Positions 47,973-56,936 of a DNA stretch of 64,000 bases are shown piece after piece (position 1 is the stretch's first letter; the number at the start of each line of letters is the position of its first letter). The stretch covers positions 2,820 to 66,819 of the forward strand of contig CAKKPP010000021.1 of NCBI GenBank assembly GCA_919901745.1, in the 5' to 3' direction. The DNA is from Chloroflexota bacterium (GTDB taxonomy: Bacteria; Chloroflexota; Limnocylindria; Limnocylindrales; CSP1-4). A program made the translations under genes and the position numbers. The notes under the pieces were generated by a model. It was not told the origin of the DNA, did not search any database, and worked only from the letters and a program-made list of their open reading frames with translations.

Positions 47973-47987
47973 GGAGGATGTGAGCCG

Positions 47988-48788
47988 ATGCCACGCTATG
48001 CCGACACGCTCCTGGCCGATGGAGAGCGGGTCGTCCTCCGGACGCGCCAGCACCCGTTCGCGACGATCGTGGATGGCCGTCGCCAGTGGGCCCTGCTGAT
48101 CGCGAGTCTGGTCCTCCTGGTCATGAGCCTCAAGCTGGACGGCACCGTCCGCGATATCGTGGGCTGGGTGGTCCTTGCCGGGATCGTCCTCTCGGGGACG
48201 GTCCTGGTGGTCCACTACTGGGCGTGGTACGCACAGGACTACGTCGTCACCAACCGGCGAGTCCTGAAGGTCGAGGGGATCATCAACAAGCGTTCCGCCG
48301 ACAGTTCGCTTGAGAAGATCAACGACGCGGTCCTCGAGCAGAACCTGTTCGGCCGGATGCTCGATTACGGCGATCTCAACATCCTGACCGCCGCCGACGT
48401 CGACCTCGACGAGTACCGGATGCTGAATCACGCTCCTGCATTCAAGCGCCAGATGCTCAACCAGAAGCACGAGCTCGAAACGGAGATCGGGCGGATGCCG
48501 TCGCCGCCGCTGCGGGCGGCGCCCTCCGTGGCCGAAATGACGCCGGTCCCGGACAGCTATACGGGGGGCCCGTTCTCGGTGGCCCCGTCGATGCCGGTTG
48601 CCCCCAGGGCACCTGTGCCCGGCGCGTCGGCGCCGCCGCCGGCCACTGCGGGCGGGGCAGCGCCACATGTGATGTCGGCGGCCGAGATCGTCGACGCGGT
48701 CGGCCGCCTGGCGACGTTGCGCGATTCTGGCGCCATCACCCCGGCCGAGTTCGAGGCGAAGAAGGCAGAGCTGCTCCGGAGGCTGTAG
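47988..48788 (+). CDS. bacterial PH (bPH_2) domain membrane protein with C-terminal SHOCT
   Basis: Two TM segments, YVVTNRRV...G, LFGRMLDYGD, C-terminal LATLRDSGAITPAEFEAKKAELL. Confidence 0.82.
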   Translation: MPRYADTLLADGERVVLRTRQHPFATIVDGRRQWALLIASLVLLVMSLKLDGTVRDIVGWVVLAGIVLSGTVLVVHYWAWYAQDYVVTNRRVLKVEGIINKRSADSSLEKINDAVLEQNLFGRMLDYGDLNILTAADVDLDEYRMLNHAPAFKRQMLNQKHELETEIGRMPSPPLRAAPSVAEMTPVPDSYTGGPFSVAPSMPVAPRAPVPGASAPPPATAGGAAPHVMSAAEIVDAVGRLATLRDSGAITPAEFEAKKAELLRRL

Positions 48789-48860
48789 CGTCGTGATCGG
48801 CGGGGCCGCCGCCATGGGCGGTAGGATGGCGCCATCCCCAGCCCGTCAGCCGAGGTCTGC

Positions 48861-49514
48861 GTGAATCTGGAACAGCTCGTCCCGAGGATCATCGCGATCC
48901 TGCTCATTCTGCTCGTGGCGTTTCCCGTTCACGAGTTCGCGCACGCCCTCGCGGCGTATCGGCTCGGCGATGGGACGGCGCGGCTGTTCGGACGATTGAC
49001 GCTCAACCCGATCGCGCACTTCGACCCGATGGGCGGCATCATCCTGATCATCAGCGGCCTCACGGGGTTCATCATCGGCTGGGCGAAGCCCACACCAGTG
49101 AACCCGTTGAACCTGGGTGGCGGACGTAACGGGGAGGCCATCGTGGCCTTCGCGGGCCCTGCCTCGAATCTCGTCCTCGCCGTGATGGGTGCCCTTCCGC
49201 TGCGCTACATCCAGGCGACCGGCCTGGTGGTGCCCGACCTCCTGTGGGACGTCCTGATCCTGTTCGTGTTCTACAACGTCATCCTCATGCTCCTCAACCT
49301 GTTGCCGGTGGCGCCGCTCGACGGCTCGAAGCTCCTGTTTGCGCTCATGAGCCCGCAGACCGCGTGGCGCTGGCGCCCCATCTTCGAACAATGGGGATTC
49401 CTCATCCTCATCGGCGCTGCGTTTCTGCCGATCCTGCCCGGCGGCAACACCGTTCTGGGGCTCGTGTTCGATACGGTCGGCGTCCCGCTGGTCAACCTTC
49501 TGATCGGGTTCTGA
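48861..49514 (+). CDS. site-2 protease (M50 family)
   Basis: HEFAH zinc motif, GRLTLNP, WAKP.PVNP, AGPASN, NLLPVAPLDGSK. Confidence 0.92.
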   Translation: MNLEQLVPRIIAILLILLVAFPVHEFAHALAAYRLGDGTARLFGRLTLNPIAHFDPMGGIILIISGLTGFIIGWAKPTPVNPLNLGGGRNGEAIVAFAGPASNLVLAVMGALPLRYIQATGLVVPDLLWDVLILFVFYNVILMLLNLLPVAPLDGSKLLFALMSPQTAWRWRPIFEQWGFLILIGAAFLPILPGGNTVLGLVFDTVGVPLVNLLIGF

Positions 49515-49519
49515 CGACC

Positions 49520-50044
49520 GTGGAACGCGGCGGCGTGCGCTGGTGGGCGGGTCGGGTTCGCCAGTTCCGCAACCACCTCGGCGCCCGGGTCGCGCCGGCG
49601 GAGCGGACCGCCCTGCTGGGCTGGGCTCCCGCATGGGCGGTTGACGCCTTCGACGCGATGCACGTTGCGGACCGGCGCCACGGCCTCGACGTGATGGCCT
49701 CGCTGCTGGCCGACGGCGTCGATTTCGCGAGCGAGGCCGATCGGGAGCTGCTCCTCGCCGGCCTGCTCCATGACTGTGGCAAGGGCGATACCGGGGTCTG
49801 GCCGCGCGTGGCGGTCGCGCTCGGCCAGGCGTACGGGCCGGCCGTTCGCCGACTGGGCCGCCTCCTTCCGTGGCCGGGTTGGCGAACCGCGCTCGATCGA
49901 GGCGAGGCGCACGCCGAGATCTCCGCCAGGCTGGTTGCGGCCGCGGGCGGATCCGTTCGGACGGTCGAACTGATTCGACACCAGGATGCGCCGCAGGATC
50001 CCGTCGACGGTGAGCGGCTCCGACTCGCCGACGAGGCAAACTGA
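49520..50044 (+). CDS. HD-domain protein
   Basis: DRRHG, LLHDCGK, HAEISA..V, LIRHQ, LRLADEAN; GTG start inferred. Confidence 0.72.
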   Translation: MERGGVRWWAGRVRQFRNHLGARVAPAERTALLGWAPAWAVDAFDAMHVADRRHGLDVMASLLADGVDFASEADRELLLAGLLHDCGKGDTGVWPRVAVALGQAYGPAVRRLGRLLPWPGWRTALDRGEAHAEISARLVAAAGGSVRTVELIRHQDAPQDPVDGERLRLADEAN

Positions 50045-50045
50045 G

Positions 50046-50936
50046 ATGCCGACGGCGCCGACGATCGAGGCCGCGGTATCGCTGACGCCGCGGGTCAGGA
50101 TCGACCCGGATCGACGCCCCGATAGTGCAACATCGGTCAGCGTCGCGGACTTCGACGGCCCGCTCGGGCTCCTGCTGACCCTCATCGAGGCTCGCCACCT
50201 CGATGTCCTGACGGTGCCCCTCGGGGCGCTCGCCGGTGCGTATCTCGAGGCCCTGGCCACGGTTGAGTCAGACCGGCTGGGAACCATCAGCTCGTTCGTC
50301 ACGGTCGCCAGCCAGCTGATCCTGATCAAGAGCCGCGCCCTCCTGCCGCGGCACCAGGACGCGGACGCGACGCAGCTCGATGCCGGGGAACTGGTCGACC
50401 CCGAGGGGGAGCTGCGGGCGAGGCTCCTTCTCTATCGCGCCCATCGCGATGCCGGGCGGCGGCTGGACGAGGCAGCCCAACAGGGGGGCGGCCTCTTCCG
50501 GCGTGAGCCCGGCGCCGCTCACGCCACGGCCCTCGCGGGGGCCCGACCCGTCGACGCGCCGAGCCTCGATGTCGCGCTGCTGGTTGCGGCGCTCGATGGG
50601 CTTGCCCAACTGGCGCCGCCGCCCGACATCCCACCCGAGGCCATGGCCCGATCCGTGACCCTCACCGAGCGAGCGGACGTCATCCGCGCCGCGCTGCAGG
50701 AGGCAACATCGATCGTGCTCCAGGACCTCCTTCGGGGGGTTCGGGACCGAACCGTGATGGCCGTGACGTTCCTGGCCATGCTCGAGCTGGTCAAGCGCCG
50801 CGAGATCGTCGTGGAGCAGGCCGAGCCGTTCGGGCCGATCATTGCGCGGGGCACCACACCCGAGGAGCGGAGTGGGTCGGGCGGCGCCGATGCGCCGGAC
50901 GAACCGCTCGACGACCGACTGGAGTCATTCGCGTGA
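50046..50936 (+). CDS. scpA: segregation/condensation protein A
   Basis: FDGPLGLLL.LI, ASQLILIKSRALLP, VTFLAMLELVK, EQAEPFG. Confidence 0.9.
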   Translation: MPTAPTIEAAVSLTPRVRIDPDRRPDSATSVSVADFDGPLGLLLTLIEARHLDVLTVPLGALAGAYLEALATVESDRLGTISSFVTVASQLILIKSRALLPRHQDADATQLDAGELVDPEGELRARLLLYRAHRDAGRRLDEAAQQGGGLFRREPGAAHATALAGARPVDAPSLDVALLVAALDGLAQLAPPPDIPPEAMARSVTLTERADVIRAALQEATSIVLQDLLRGVRDRTVMAVTFLAMLELVKRREIVVEQAEPFGPIIARGTTPEERSGSGGADAPDEPLDDRLESFA

Positions 50937-51607
50937 CCCAACCCGAGGCACCGGCTCCCGAGGCACCGGCTCCCGAGGGACCGATCACCGGCGGACCGAC
51001 CCCCGGCGATCTCAGCGAGGCTGCCCTCGAGGCGCTCCTCTTTGTCGCCGAGCGGCCCCTGGCCCGGCGCGAGATTGCGTCGATCGCCCAGGTCGACCGG
51101 GAGACGGTGGACGCCCGAATTGGCGATCTCGAGGTCAGTCTGCGCGAGCGCGGCCTGGTCCTCGTCGTGTCCGGCGATCGGGTGGAGCTGGCCACGACCC
51201 CCGAGGCAGGGGCGCTCATCGCTCGGTATGTCGGGTCAGACGCGGTGCGCCTGTCGCCGGCCGGGCTTGAGACCCTGGCCATCGTGGCCTACCGCCAGCC
51301 GGTGACGAAGGCTGCGATCGAGCGGATCCGTGGTGTCGATTCCGATTACACCGTGCGCTCGCTGCTCCATCGTCGACTGGTCGTCGAGCTTGGGCGTTCA
51401 TCTGCGCCGGGCCGTCCCTTCCTGTACGGCACCGGCTTCGAATTCCTCGAACGGTTTGGCCTCTCGAGCCTGGAGGAGCTTCCGCCGTTGGATCTAGACG
51501 TCGCCGCGCGGCTCGCCGAGGAAGGGTCGACGGAGATCGCGGACGACGGGGACGGCGCGAACGACGGGGACGCGGGGGACGCAGGGGACGCGGGGGACGC
51601 GTCGTGA
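50933..51607 (+). CDS. scpB: segregation/condensation protein B
   Basis: LEALLF, LETLAIVAYRQPVT...IERIRGVDS, GRP.LYGT...FLERFGL. Confidence 0.93.
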   Translation: MTQPEAPAPEAPAPEGPITGGPTPGDLSEAALEALLFVAERPLARREIASIAQVDRETVDARIGDLEVSLRERGLVLVVSGDRVELATTPEAGALIARYVGSDAVRLSPAGLETLAIVAYRQPVTKAAIERIRGVDSDYTVRSLLHRRLVVELGRSSAPGRPFLYGTGFEFLERFGLSSLEELPPLDLDVAARLAEEGSTEIADDGDGANDGDAGDAGDAGDAS

Positions 51608-52437
51608 CCGGCGAGCGCCTCCAGAAGGTCCTCGCGGCCAGCGGCGTCGCCTCGCGCCGCGCCAGCGAAGTGCTGATCAAGGCGGGTCGCGTGAGCGTCG
51701 ACGGTGTCGTGGCGACGCTCGGTCAGCAGGTGGACGTCACGAGCGCCGAAATCCTCGTCGATGGGCGACCGATCGGTGCCGCCGCGAGCCCGGTCTACAT
51801 CGCGATCCACAAGCCGGCCGGAGTCACCTCCACGGTCAAGGACCGGCATGCCGACCGGACGGTGCTCGACTTCGTGCCCACGGCCCTCGTGCCCGATGGG
51901 GCTCGCATCTATCCGGTGGGGCGCCTGGATCAGGACAGCGAAGGGCTCATCCTCCTCACCAACGACGGTGACTGGTCCGAGCGTGTGCTCCACCCGCGGT
52001 TCGGGGTGGAACGCGAGTACGCCGTGGCGGTGCGCCAGCCGCTCAATCCCGATCAGGTGGCTGCTCTCGTGGCCGGGATCGCACTCGACGAGGGGCTGGC
52101 GCTCCTCGCCGCGCCACTTCGCGCCGCGACGGGCATCGAAACCCGTCGGACGGCCGAGCTGCTGCGCCCGCCGCCCGATGCTGCGCTGACCTGGTACCGG
52201 GCAACCCTGGCCCAAGGCTGGAAGCGCCAGCTCCGGAGGATGTTTGCCGCGGTCGGCGTGCCGATCGAACGGCTCGTCCGGGTTCGGATCGGTGCCGTTC
52301 GGCTCGACGGACTGACGGGCGGCCAGGCGCGGCGCCTCAAGGCCCCCGAAGTCCGCGTGCTCGGCGCGGGGCAGATCCAGAAGGTGCCCAGCGCACGCCG
52401 ATTTCGCGAGGGGCGCAGGAGGCCGCACCGCTCCTAG
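51604..52437 (+). CDS. rluB: 23S rRNA pseudouridine synthase (RluB/RsuA family)
   Basis: S4 domain RLQKVLA.SG.ASRR, HKPAG, VGRLDQDSEG, HPR, RQLRRM. Confidence 0.9.
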   Translation: MTGERLQKVLAASGVASRRASEVLIKAGRVSVDGVVATLGQQVDVTSAEILVDGRPIGAAASPVYIAIHKPAGVTSTVKDRHADRTVLDFVPTALVPDGARIYPVGRLDQDSEGLILLTNDGDWSERVLHPRFGVEREYAVAVRQPLNPDQVAALVAGIALDEGLALLAAPLRAATGIETRRTAELLRPPPDAALTWYRATLAQGWKRQLRRMFAAVGVPIERLVRVRIGAVRLDGLTGGQARRLKAPEVRVLGAGQIQKVPSARRFREGRRRPHRS

Positions 52438-52475
52438 GGGTTGCGCCGCGACGTCTCGCCCGGCACGATCGCAGG

Positions 52476-53255
52476 GTGATGGACGGGGTCGCACCGACGC
52501 CGGGCACGTCGCCGGTGGTCGTCGCCACCGGTCTGGTCAAGTCGTTCGGGCCGATCCGGGCAGTCGACGGCATCGACCTGGCGCTCGCCGCAGGCCGGAT
52601 CTACGGGCTCCTCGGGCCGAACGGATCGGGCAAGACGACACTCATCCGCCTGCTGATCGGCCTGACCCGAGCGTCCGGGGGTGAGGCGAGGATCCTCGGG
52701 ACGCCTATGCCGTCGCGCACGGCCCTTGGGCGGATCGGCTACATGCCGCAGAGCGAGTCGATCTACCCCGAGCTGTCGGTCGGGGAGAACCTCGCGTTCT
52801 TCGCGACGCTGCAGGGAGCGCAGTCCGCCGATGCCCTCGACCGGGTCCTGGACCTCGTCGAGCTCGCTGAACGCCGGAATACGCCGGCGACGCACCTGTC
52901 GGGCGGCATGCGTCGGCGCCTGTCGCTGGCCTGCACGCTCGTGCATGAGCCGCCCGTCCTGTTCCTCGACGAGCCGACCGTCGGCGTGGACCCGGCGCTC
53001 CGTGTCCAGTTCTGGGCGCATTTCCGGCGGCTGGCCGCCGCCGGGACGACGATCCTCGTGGCCAGCCACGTGATGGACGAGGCGGATCGCTGCGACGAGC
53101 TCCTGTTCGTCCGCTCCGGAAAGGTGATCGCGCAGGGGACCGGAGCCTCGCTCCGTGCCCAGGCGGGCACGACCGACCTCGAGTCGGCGTTCCTCCGCTT
53201 TTCGGGCCTCGACGACGAGGGTCGCCCGATCGACGGGGCGAAGGGGCCCACGTGA
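52476..53255 (+). CDS. ABC transporter ATP-binding protein (ABC-2 exporter)
   Basis: GPNGSGKTT, LSGGMRRR, LFLDEPT, SHVMDEA. Confidence 0.93.
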   Translation: MMDGVAPTPGTSPVVVATGLVKSFGPIRAVDGIDLALAAGRIYGLLGPNGSGKTTLIRLLIGLTRASGGEARILGTPMPSRTALGRIGYMPQSESIYPELSVGENLAFFATLQGAQSADALDRVLDLVELAERRNTPATHLSGGMRRRLSLACTLVHEPPVLFLDEPTVGVDPALRVQFWAHFRRLAAAGTTILVASHVMDEADRCDELLFVRSGKVIAQGTGASLRAQAGTTDLESAFLRFSGLDDEGRPIDGAKGPT

Positions 53256-54424
53256 GCGGGACCCGAACACTCGCGGTCGCGCGCCGGATCCTCGCCGGAC
53301 TTCGCCGCGACCATCGCGCCCTGGGACTGGTCCTCGTTGCCCCGATCGTGATCACGCTGCTTCTCGCCTGGGTGATCCGCGGCTCGGAGGTGGCCTCGAT
53401 CAACGTGGGGCTGTACGCCCCGAATGGACAGGCCGACCAGGTCCACGTTGGATTCCTGCGCGCCGCAGCCGCGGAGGTCCCGGGAGGCGTCGACGTCACG
53501 ATCGAAGCGGCGACGGCGAACGACCTCGACGAGCTCCGGACCTGGGTCGGAGAAGGCCGGGTCGATGTCGGCGTCGGCCTTCCGGGTGTCCAGTTCGGCG
53601 GCGCGCCGACCGTCACCGTGATCACGGCGGGCACGGACCCGGCGACCGAATCGGGGGCGCTCGCAGCGCTCCAGGCACTCGTCAGTCGGGCGCTGGGGGC
53701 AGCAACCGGCGTAGGGCCGAACACCAACATCCCCACCTTCCGACACGAGACCGTCTTCCTGTCGGCCGATGCCGACAGCCTCGACATCCTGGCGCCGGTG
53801 TTCCTCGGCTACTTCGCCTACTTCTTCGTGTTCATCCTCACCGGCATCAGCTTCCTCCGCGAGCGAGTCGGCGGGACCCTCGAGCGGCTCCTTGCGACGC
53901 CCGTCACGCGGGCAGAGATCGTCGTGGGCTACGGAATCGGGTTCAGCGTCCTGGCGACCGTCCAGGTCATCCTGCTGACCGCGTTCGTCCTCGGGAGGAT
54001 CGCGGTCCCCGAGATCGGCCCCATCGGGGAGTGGGGGATCGGACTCGGTGTCGCGTCGGCCGGCAGTCCGCTCATCGTTCTCGCGCTGGTCCTGTTGCTC
54101 GCGATCGGGGCCGTCAACCTGGGCATCTTCCTGTCGACCTTCGCCCGGTCCGAGTTCCAGATCATCCAGTTCATCCCGATCGTGATCATCCCGCAGGGCC
54201 TGCTGGCCGGGATCTTCTGGCCGATCGATCGGCTCCCCGAGATCCTCGCGGCCATCGCCCGGGTCCTGCCGCTCACCTACGCCGTCGATGGGCTCCGCGG
54301 CGTGATCCTGCGTGGGGAGGACCTGGCAGCGTCGACGATCCAGCTCGATCTGGCCGTCCTCACAGCCGTCGCGGCCGTGTTCGTCGTGCTCGCGAGCGTG
54401 ACGATCAAGCGCGAGGTCGCCTGA
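53252..54424 (+). CDS. ABC-2 type exporter permease
   Basis: TM1, extracellular domain, then RERVGGTLERLLATP, PQ.LL.G.FWP, PLTYAVDGLR. Confidence 0.9.
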   Translation: MSGTRTLAVARRILAGLRRDHRALGLVLVAPIVITLLLAWVIRGSEVASINVGLYAPNGQADQVHVGFLRAAAAEVPGGVDVTIEAATANDLDELRTWVGEGRVDVGVGLPGVQFGGAPTVTVITAGTDPATESGALAALQALVSRALGAATGVGPNTNIPTFRHETVFLSADADSLDILAPVFLGYFAYFFVFILTGISFLRERVGGTLERLLATPVTRAEIVVGYGIGFSVLATVQVILLTAFVLGRIAVPEIGPIGEWGIGLGVASAGSPLIVLALVLLLAIGAVNLGIFLSTFARSEFQIIQFIPIVIIPQGLLAGIFWPIDRLPEILAAIARVLPLTYAVDGLRGVILRGEDLAASTIQLDLAVLTAVAAVFVVLASVTIKREVA

Positions 54425-54427
54425 AGG

Positions 54428-54433
54428 TATCCT
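54428..54433 (+). promoter_or_regulatory. -10 box (TATCCT), leaderless cmk
   Basis: 7 nt before ATG 54441. Confidence 0.5.
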
Positions 54434-54440
54434 CTTCGCG

Positions 54441-55193
54441 ATGACAACCTCCGCAGCGTTGACGGTGGCGATCGACGGTCCCGGATCGTCGGGCAAGTCG
54501 AGCGTCGGGGCTGCGGTTGCGGCCGAACTCGGCTATCGCTTCTGCGACACCGGCCTCCTGTATCGCGCGATCACCTGGCTCGCGCTCGCGCGAGGCATCC
54601 CGGAGACGGACGCCGCGGGTTTGATCGGCCTGATCGAGGAGATCGAACTGAAGCCCGATGCCCAGCAACGTCTCGTTCGCGTGGCCGTCGGCGGACGGGA
54701 CGTGACCGACGAGGTGCGCGGCCCCGATGTCGATGCCCGGGTATCCGTCTTCGCCCGCGTTCCGGAGGTGCGTTCGGCGCTCCTCGTCGAACAGCGGCGG
54801 ATCGCAGCCGGTGCCGGGATCGTCATGGCGGGTCGCGATATCGGGACCGTGGTCCTGCCGGACGCCGACGTCAAGATCTATCTCGACGCGTCGGTCGAGG
54901 AGCGGGCGAGACGACGGACCGGGGAGCGCGGCCTCCGCGGTGACGCGGACCCGGACGGAGCCGGCGCGGCGAAGATCCTGGCGCAGCTCCGACGACGCGA
55001 CGATCTCGACCGGGGACGCGCGGTCGCACCGTTGCGTCCGGCCGACGACGCGGTCGTCATCACGACCGACGGCAATACCCTCGGGCAGACGGTCGCGCTG
55101 GTCGTCGCGGCAATCCGTTCCGCGGGAGCACGACCTGGGGCCGTGGCTTCTGCGGCAGCGCCCCCGGCCGGTTCCCGGAGGGCCGGCCGATGA
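54441..55193 (+). CDS. cmk: cytidylate kinase
   Basis: IDGPGSSGKSS, DTGLLYRA, GRDIGTVV.P.ADVKIYLDAS.EERARRR, RRDDLD. Confidence 0.94.
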   Translation: MTTSAALTVAIDGPGSSGKSSVGAAVAAELGYRFCDTGLLYRAITWLALARGIPETDAAGLIGLIEEIELKPDAQQRLVRVAVGGRDVTDEVRGPDVDARVSVFARVPEVRSALLVEQRRIAAGAGIVMAGRDIGTVVLPDADVKIYLDASVEERARRRTGERGLRGDADPDGAGAAKILAQLRRRDDLDRGRAVAPLRPADDAVVITTDGNTLGQTVALVVAAIRSAGARPGAVASAAAPPAGSRRAGR

Positions 55194-55891
55194 CCTCCGA
55201 GACGCCCATCGCCGGGCACGTCACCCTCCTCATCCACCTCCTCGCGCTCGTGGCGCGCGTTCTTGCGCGCAGCATCACCCGCGTTCGGATCGAAGGCGAC
55301 CTCGATGCCATCCCGCGCGAAGGCGCGGTTCTGGTCGCCGCGAACCACGCGTCCAATGCCGATCCGGTGGTCATCGGCGCGTTCCTCACCCAGGCCCTGG
55401 ATCGGCGCGTGAACTGGCTGGGCAAGAAGGAGCTCTTCGACGTCCCCGTGCTCGGCTGGCTTGCCCGGAACAGTGGGATTCACCCGGTGGATCGCGGAGC
55501 GGCGGATCTCGAGGCGTTCAAGATGGCCAGGCGAATCCTCGATGCCGGGCATCTGCTCGCCGTGTTCCCGGAGGGGACGCGCAGCTCCACCGGCAAGCTT
55601 CAGCCAGCAAAGGATGGCATCGCCCTGCTCGCGCTGCGAACCGGCGCCCCCATCGTCCCGATCGGGATCGTCGATGCCGACCTGGTATGGCCCAAAGGAC
55701 GTCGGCTGCCTCGGCCGGGAGGCCGGATCACGGTTCGGATCGGCACGCCATTTCACCTGGAGACGCCCGATGCGACGGTGGACCGGCGAGCCGCCAAGAC
55801 CCTCGCAACGGACCGGATCATGCGAGCGATCGCCGAGCTGCTTCCGCCTCGCCAGCGCGGCGTCTACGGGACGGACGGGCCGTCCGGCTGA
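55190..55891 (+). CDS. plsC: 1-acyl-sn-glycerol-3-phosphate acyltransferase
   Basis: NHASNAD (HX4D), KKELF, FPEGTRS, PIVP. Confidence 0.88.
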   Translation: MTSETPIAGHVTLLIHLLALVARVLARSITRVRIEGDLDAIPREGAVLVAANHASNADPVVIGAFLTQALDRRVNWLGKKELFDVPVLGWLARNSGIHPVDRGAADLEAFKMARRILDAGHLLAVFPEGTRSSTGKLQPAKDGIALLALRTGAPIVPIGIVDADLVWPKGRRLPRPGGRITVRIGTPFHLETPDATVDRRAAKTLATDRIMRAIAELLPPRQRGVYGTDGPSG

Positions 55892-55938
55892 CCGCCGAAC
55901 GGGCCGGATCGAGGGCCCGTGCGATACTTCGGCATGAC

Positions 55939-56934
55939 ATGAGCACCGTCGAGGAAGTCCGCATCGCCCGGCGCACCGGGTTCTGCTACGGCGTGCGCGA
56001 GGCGATCGACAAGGCCAAGGAGGCGTCGGCCGCCGGCAAGGTGACCCATACGCTCGGCCAGGTCGTCCACAACGAGGGCGTCATCCGCGACCTCGAGGAC
56101 CTCGGCATCCGGACCGTGGATACGCTCGACGACGTCGATCACGGAGCAGCCGTCGTCATTCGCGCCCACGGGGTCAAGCCCGAGGTCATGGAGCGGGCCA
56201 ACGCCCATGGCCTGGAGGTCATCGACGGAACGTGCACCTGGGTGGTCCAGGAGCACCGTGAGCTCGCGAAGCTCGTCGAGGAGGGGTACACGATCGTTCT
56301 CCTCGGCACACCCAACCATGCCGAGGTTGTCGGCATGCTCGGCTTCGCGCCGGACGCCATCGTCGTCGACGAGGAAGACGACTGGGACAAGGTGCCGCGG
56401 AAGAAGAAACTGGCGCTCATCTCCCAGAGCACGCAGCCGCCCTGGAAGTTCGAGAAACTGGCGGCGTTCATGGTCAGCCGAAGCCATGAGCTCAAGATCG
56501 TCAACACGGTCTGCCCGGTCACGATCCGGCGCCAGGAGGACACCCTCGACACCGCCCGCGACGTCGACCTGATGGTCGTGGTCGGCGGGCGTTCCTCGGC
56601 GAACACCAAGGAGCTGACGCGTCTGTGCGGGATCGCCGGCACGCCGGCGATCCAGATCGAATCCGTTCACGACCTGGACGACCCGTCCGTGTTCGACGGC
56701 CCGCGCGTCGTCGGGATCACCGGCGGAACGTCGACCCCCATCGAGGACCTGCACGTCGTTGCCAGGCACATCCTCGAGACGGCCGGGATCGACGGCATCC
56801 GGGAGCGTGCGTCCGAGTTCGCGGAGGCGGCTCTCGTGGCCGCCGCGACTCCCGCCGGTCGGACCACCTCACTCCCCAAACTGCCCATGGCGACAGAGTC
56901 GGCGACCGCCGTCGCGGCCTCGGGCGCGGCCTGA
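55939..56934 (+). CDS. ispH: 4-hydroxy-3-methylbut-2-enyl diphosphate reductase
   Basis: GFCYGV, QVVHN, IRAHGV, DGTC, HAEV, SQST, NTVC, GGRSSANT, ITGGTSTP. Confidence 0.93.
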   Translation: MSTVEEVRIARRTGFCYGVREAIDKAKEASAAGKVTHTLGQVVHNEGVIRDLEDLGIRTVDTLDDVDHGAAVVIRAHGVKPEVMERANAHGLEVIDGTCTWVVQEHRELAKLVEEGYTIVLLGTPNHAEVVGMLGFAPDAIVVDEEDDWDKVPRKKKLALISQSTQPPWKFEKLAAFMVSRSHELKIVNTVCPVTIRRQEDTLDTARDVDLMVVVGGRSSANTKELTRLCGIAGTPAIQIESVHDLDDPSVFDGPRVVGITGGTSTPIEDLHVVARHILETAGIDGIRERASEFAEAALVAAATPAGRTTSLPKLPMATESATAVAASGAA

Positions 56935-56936
56935 AC

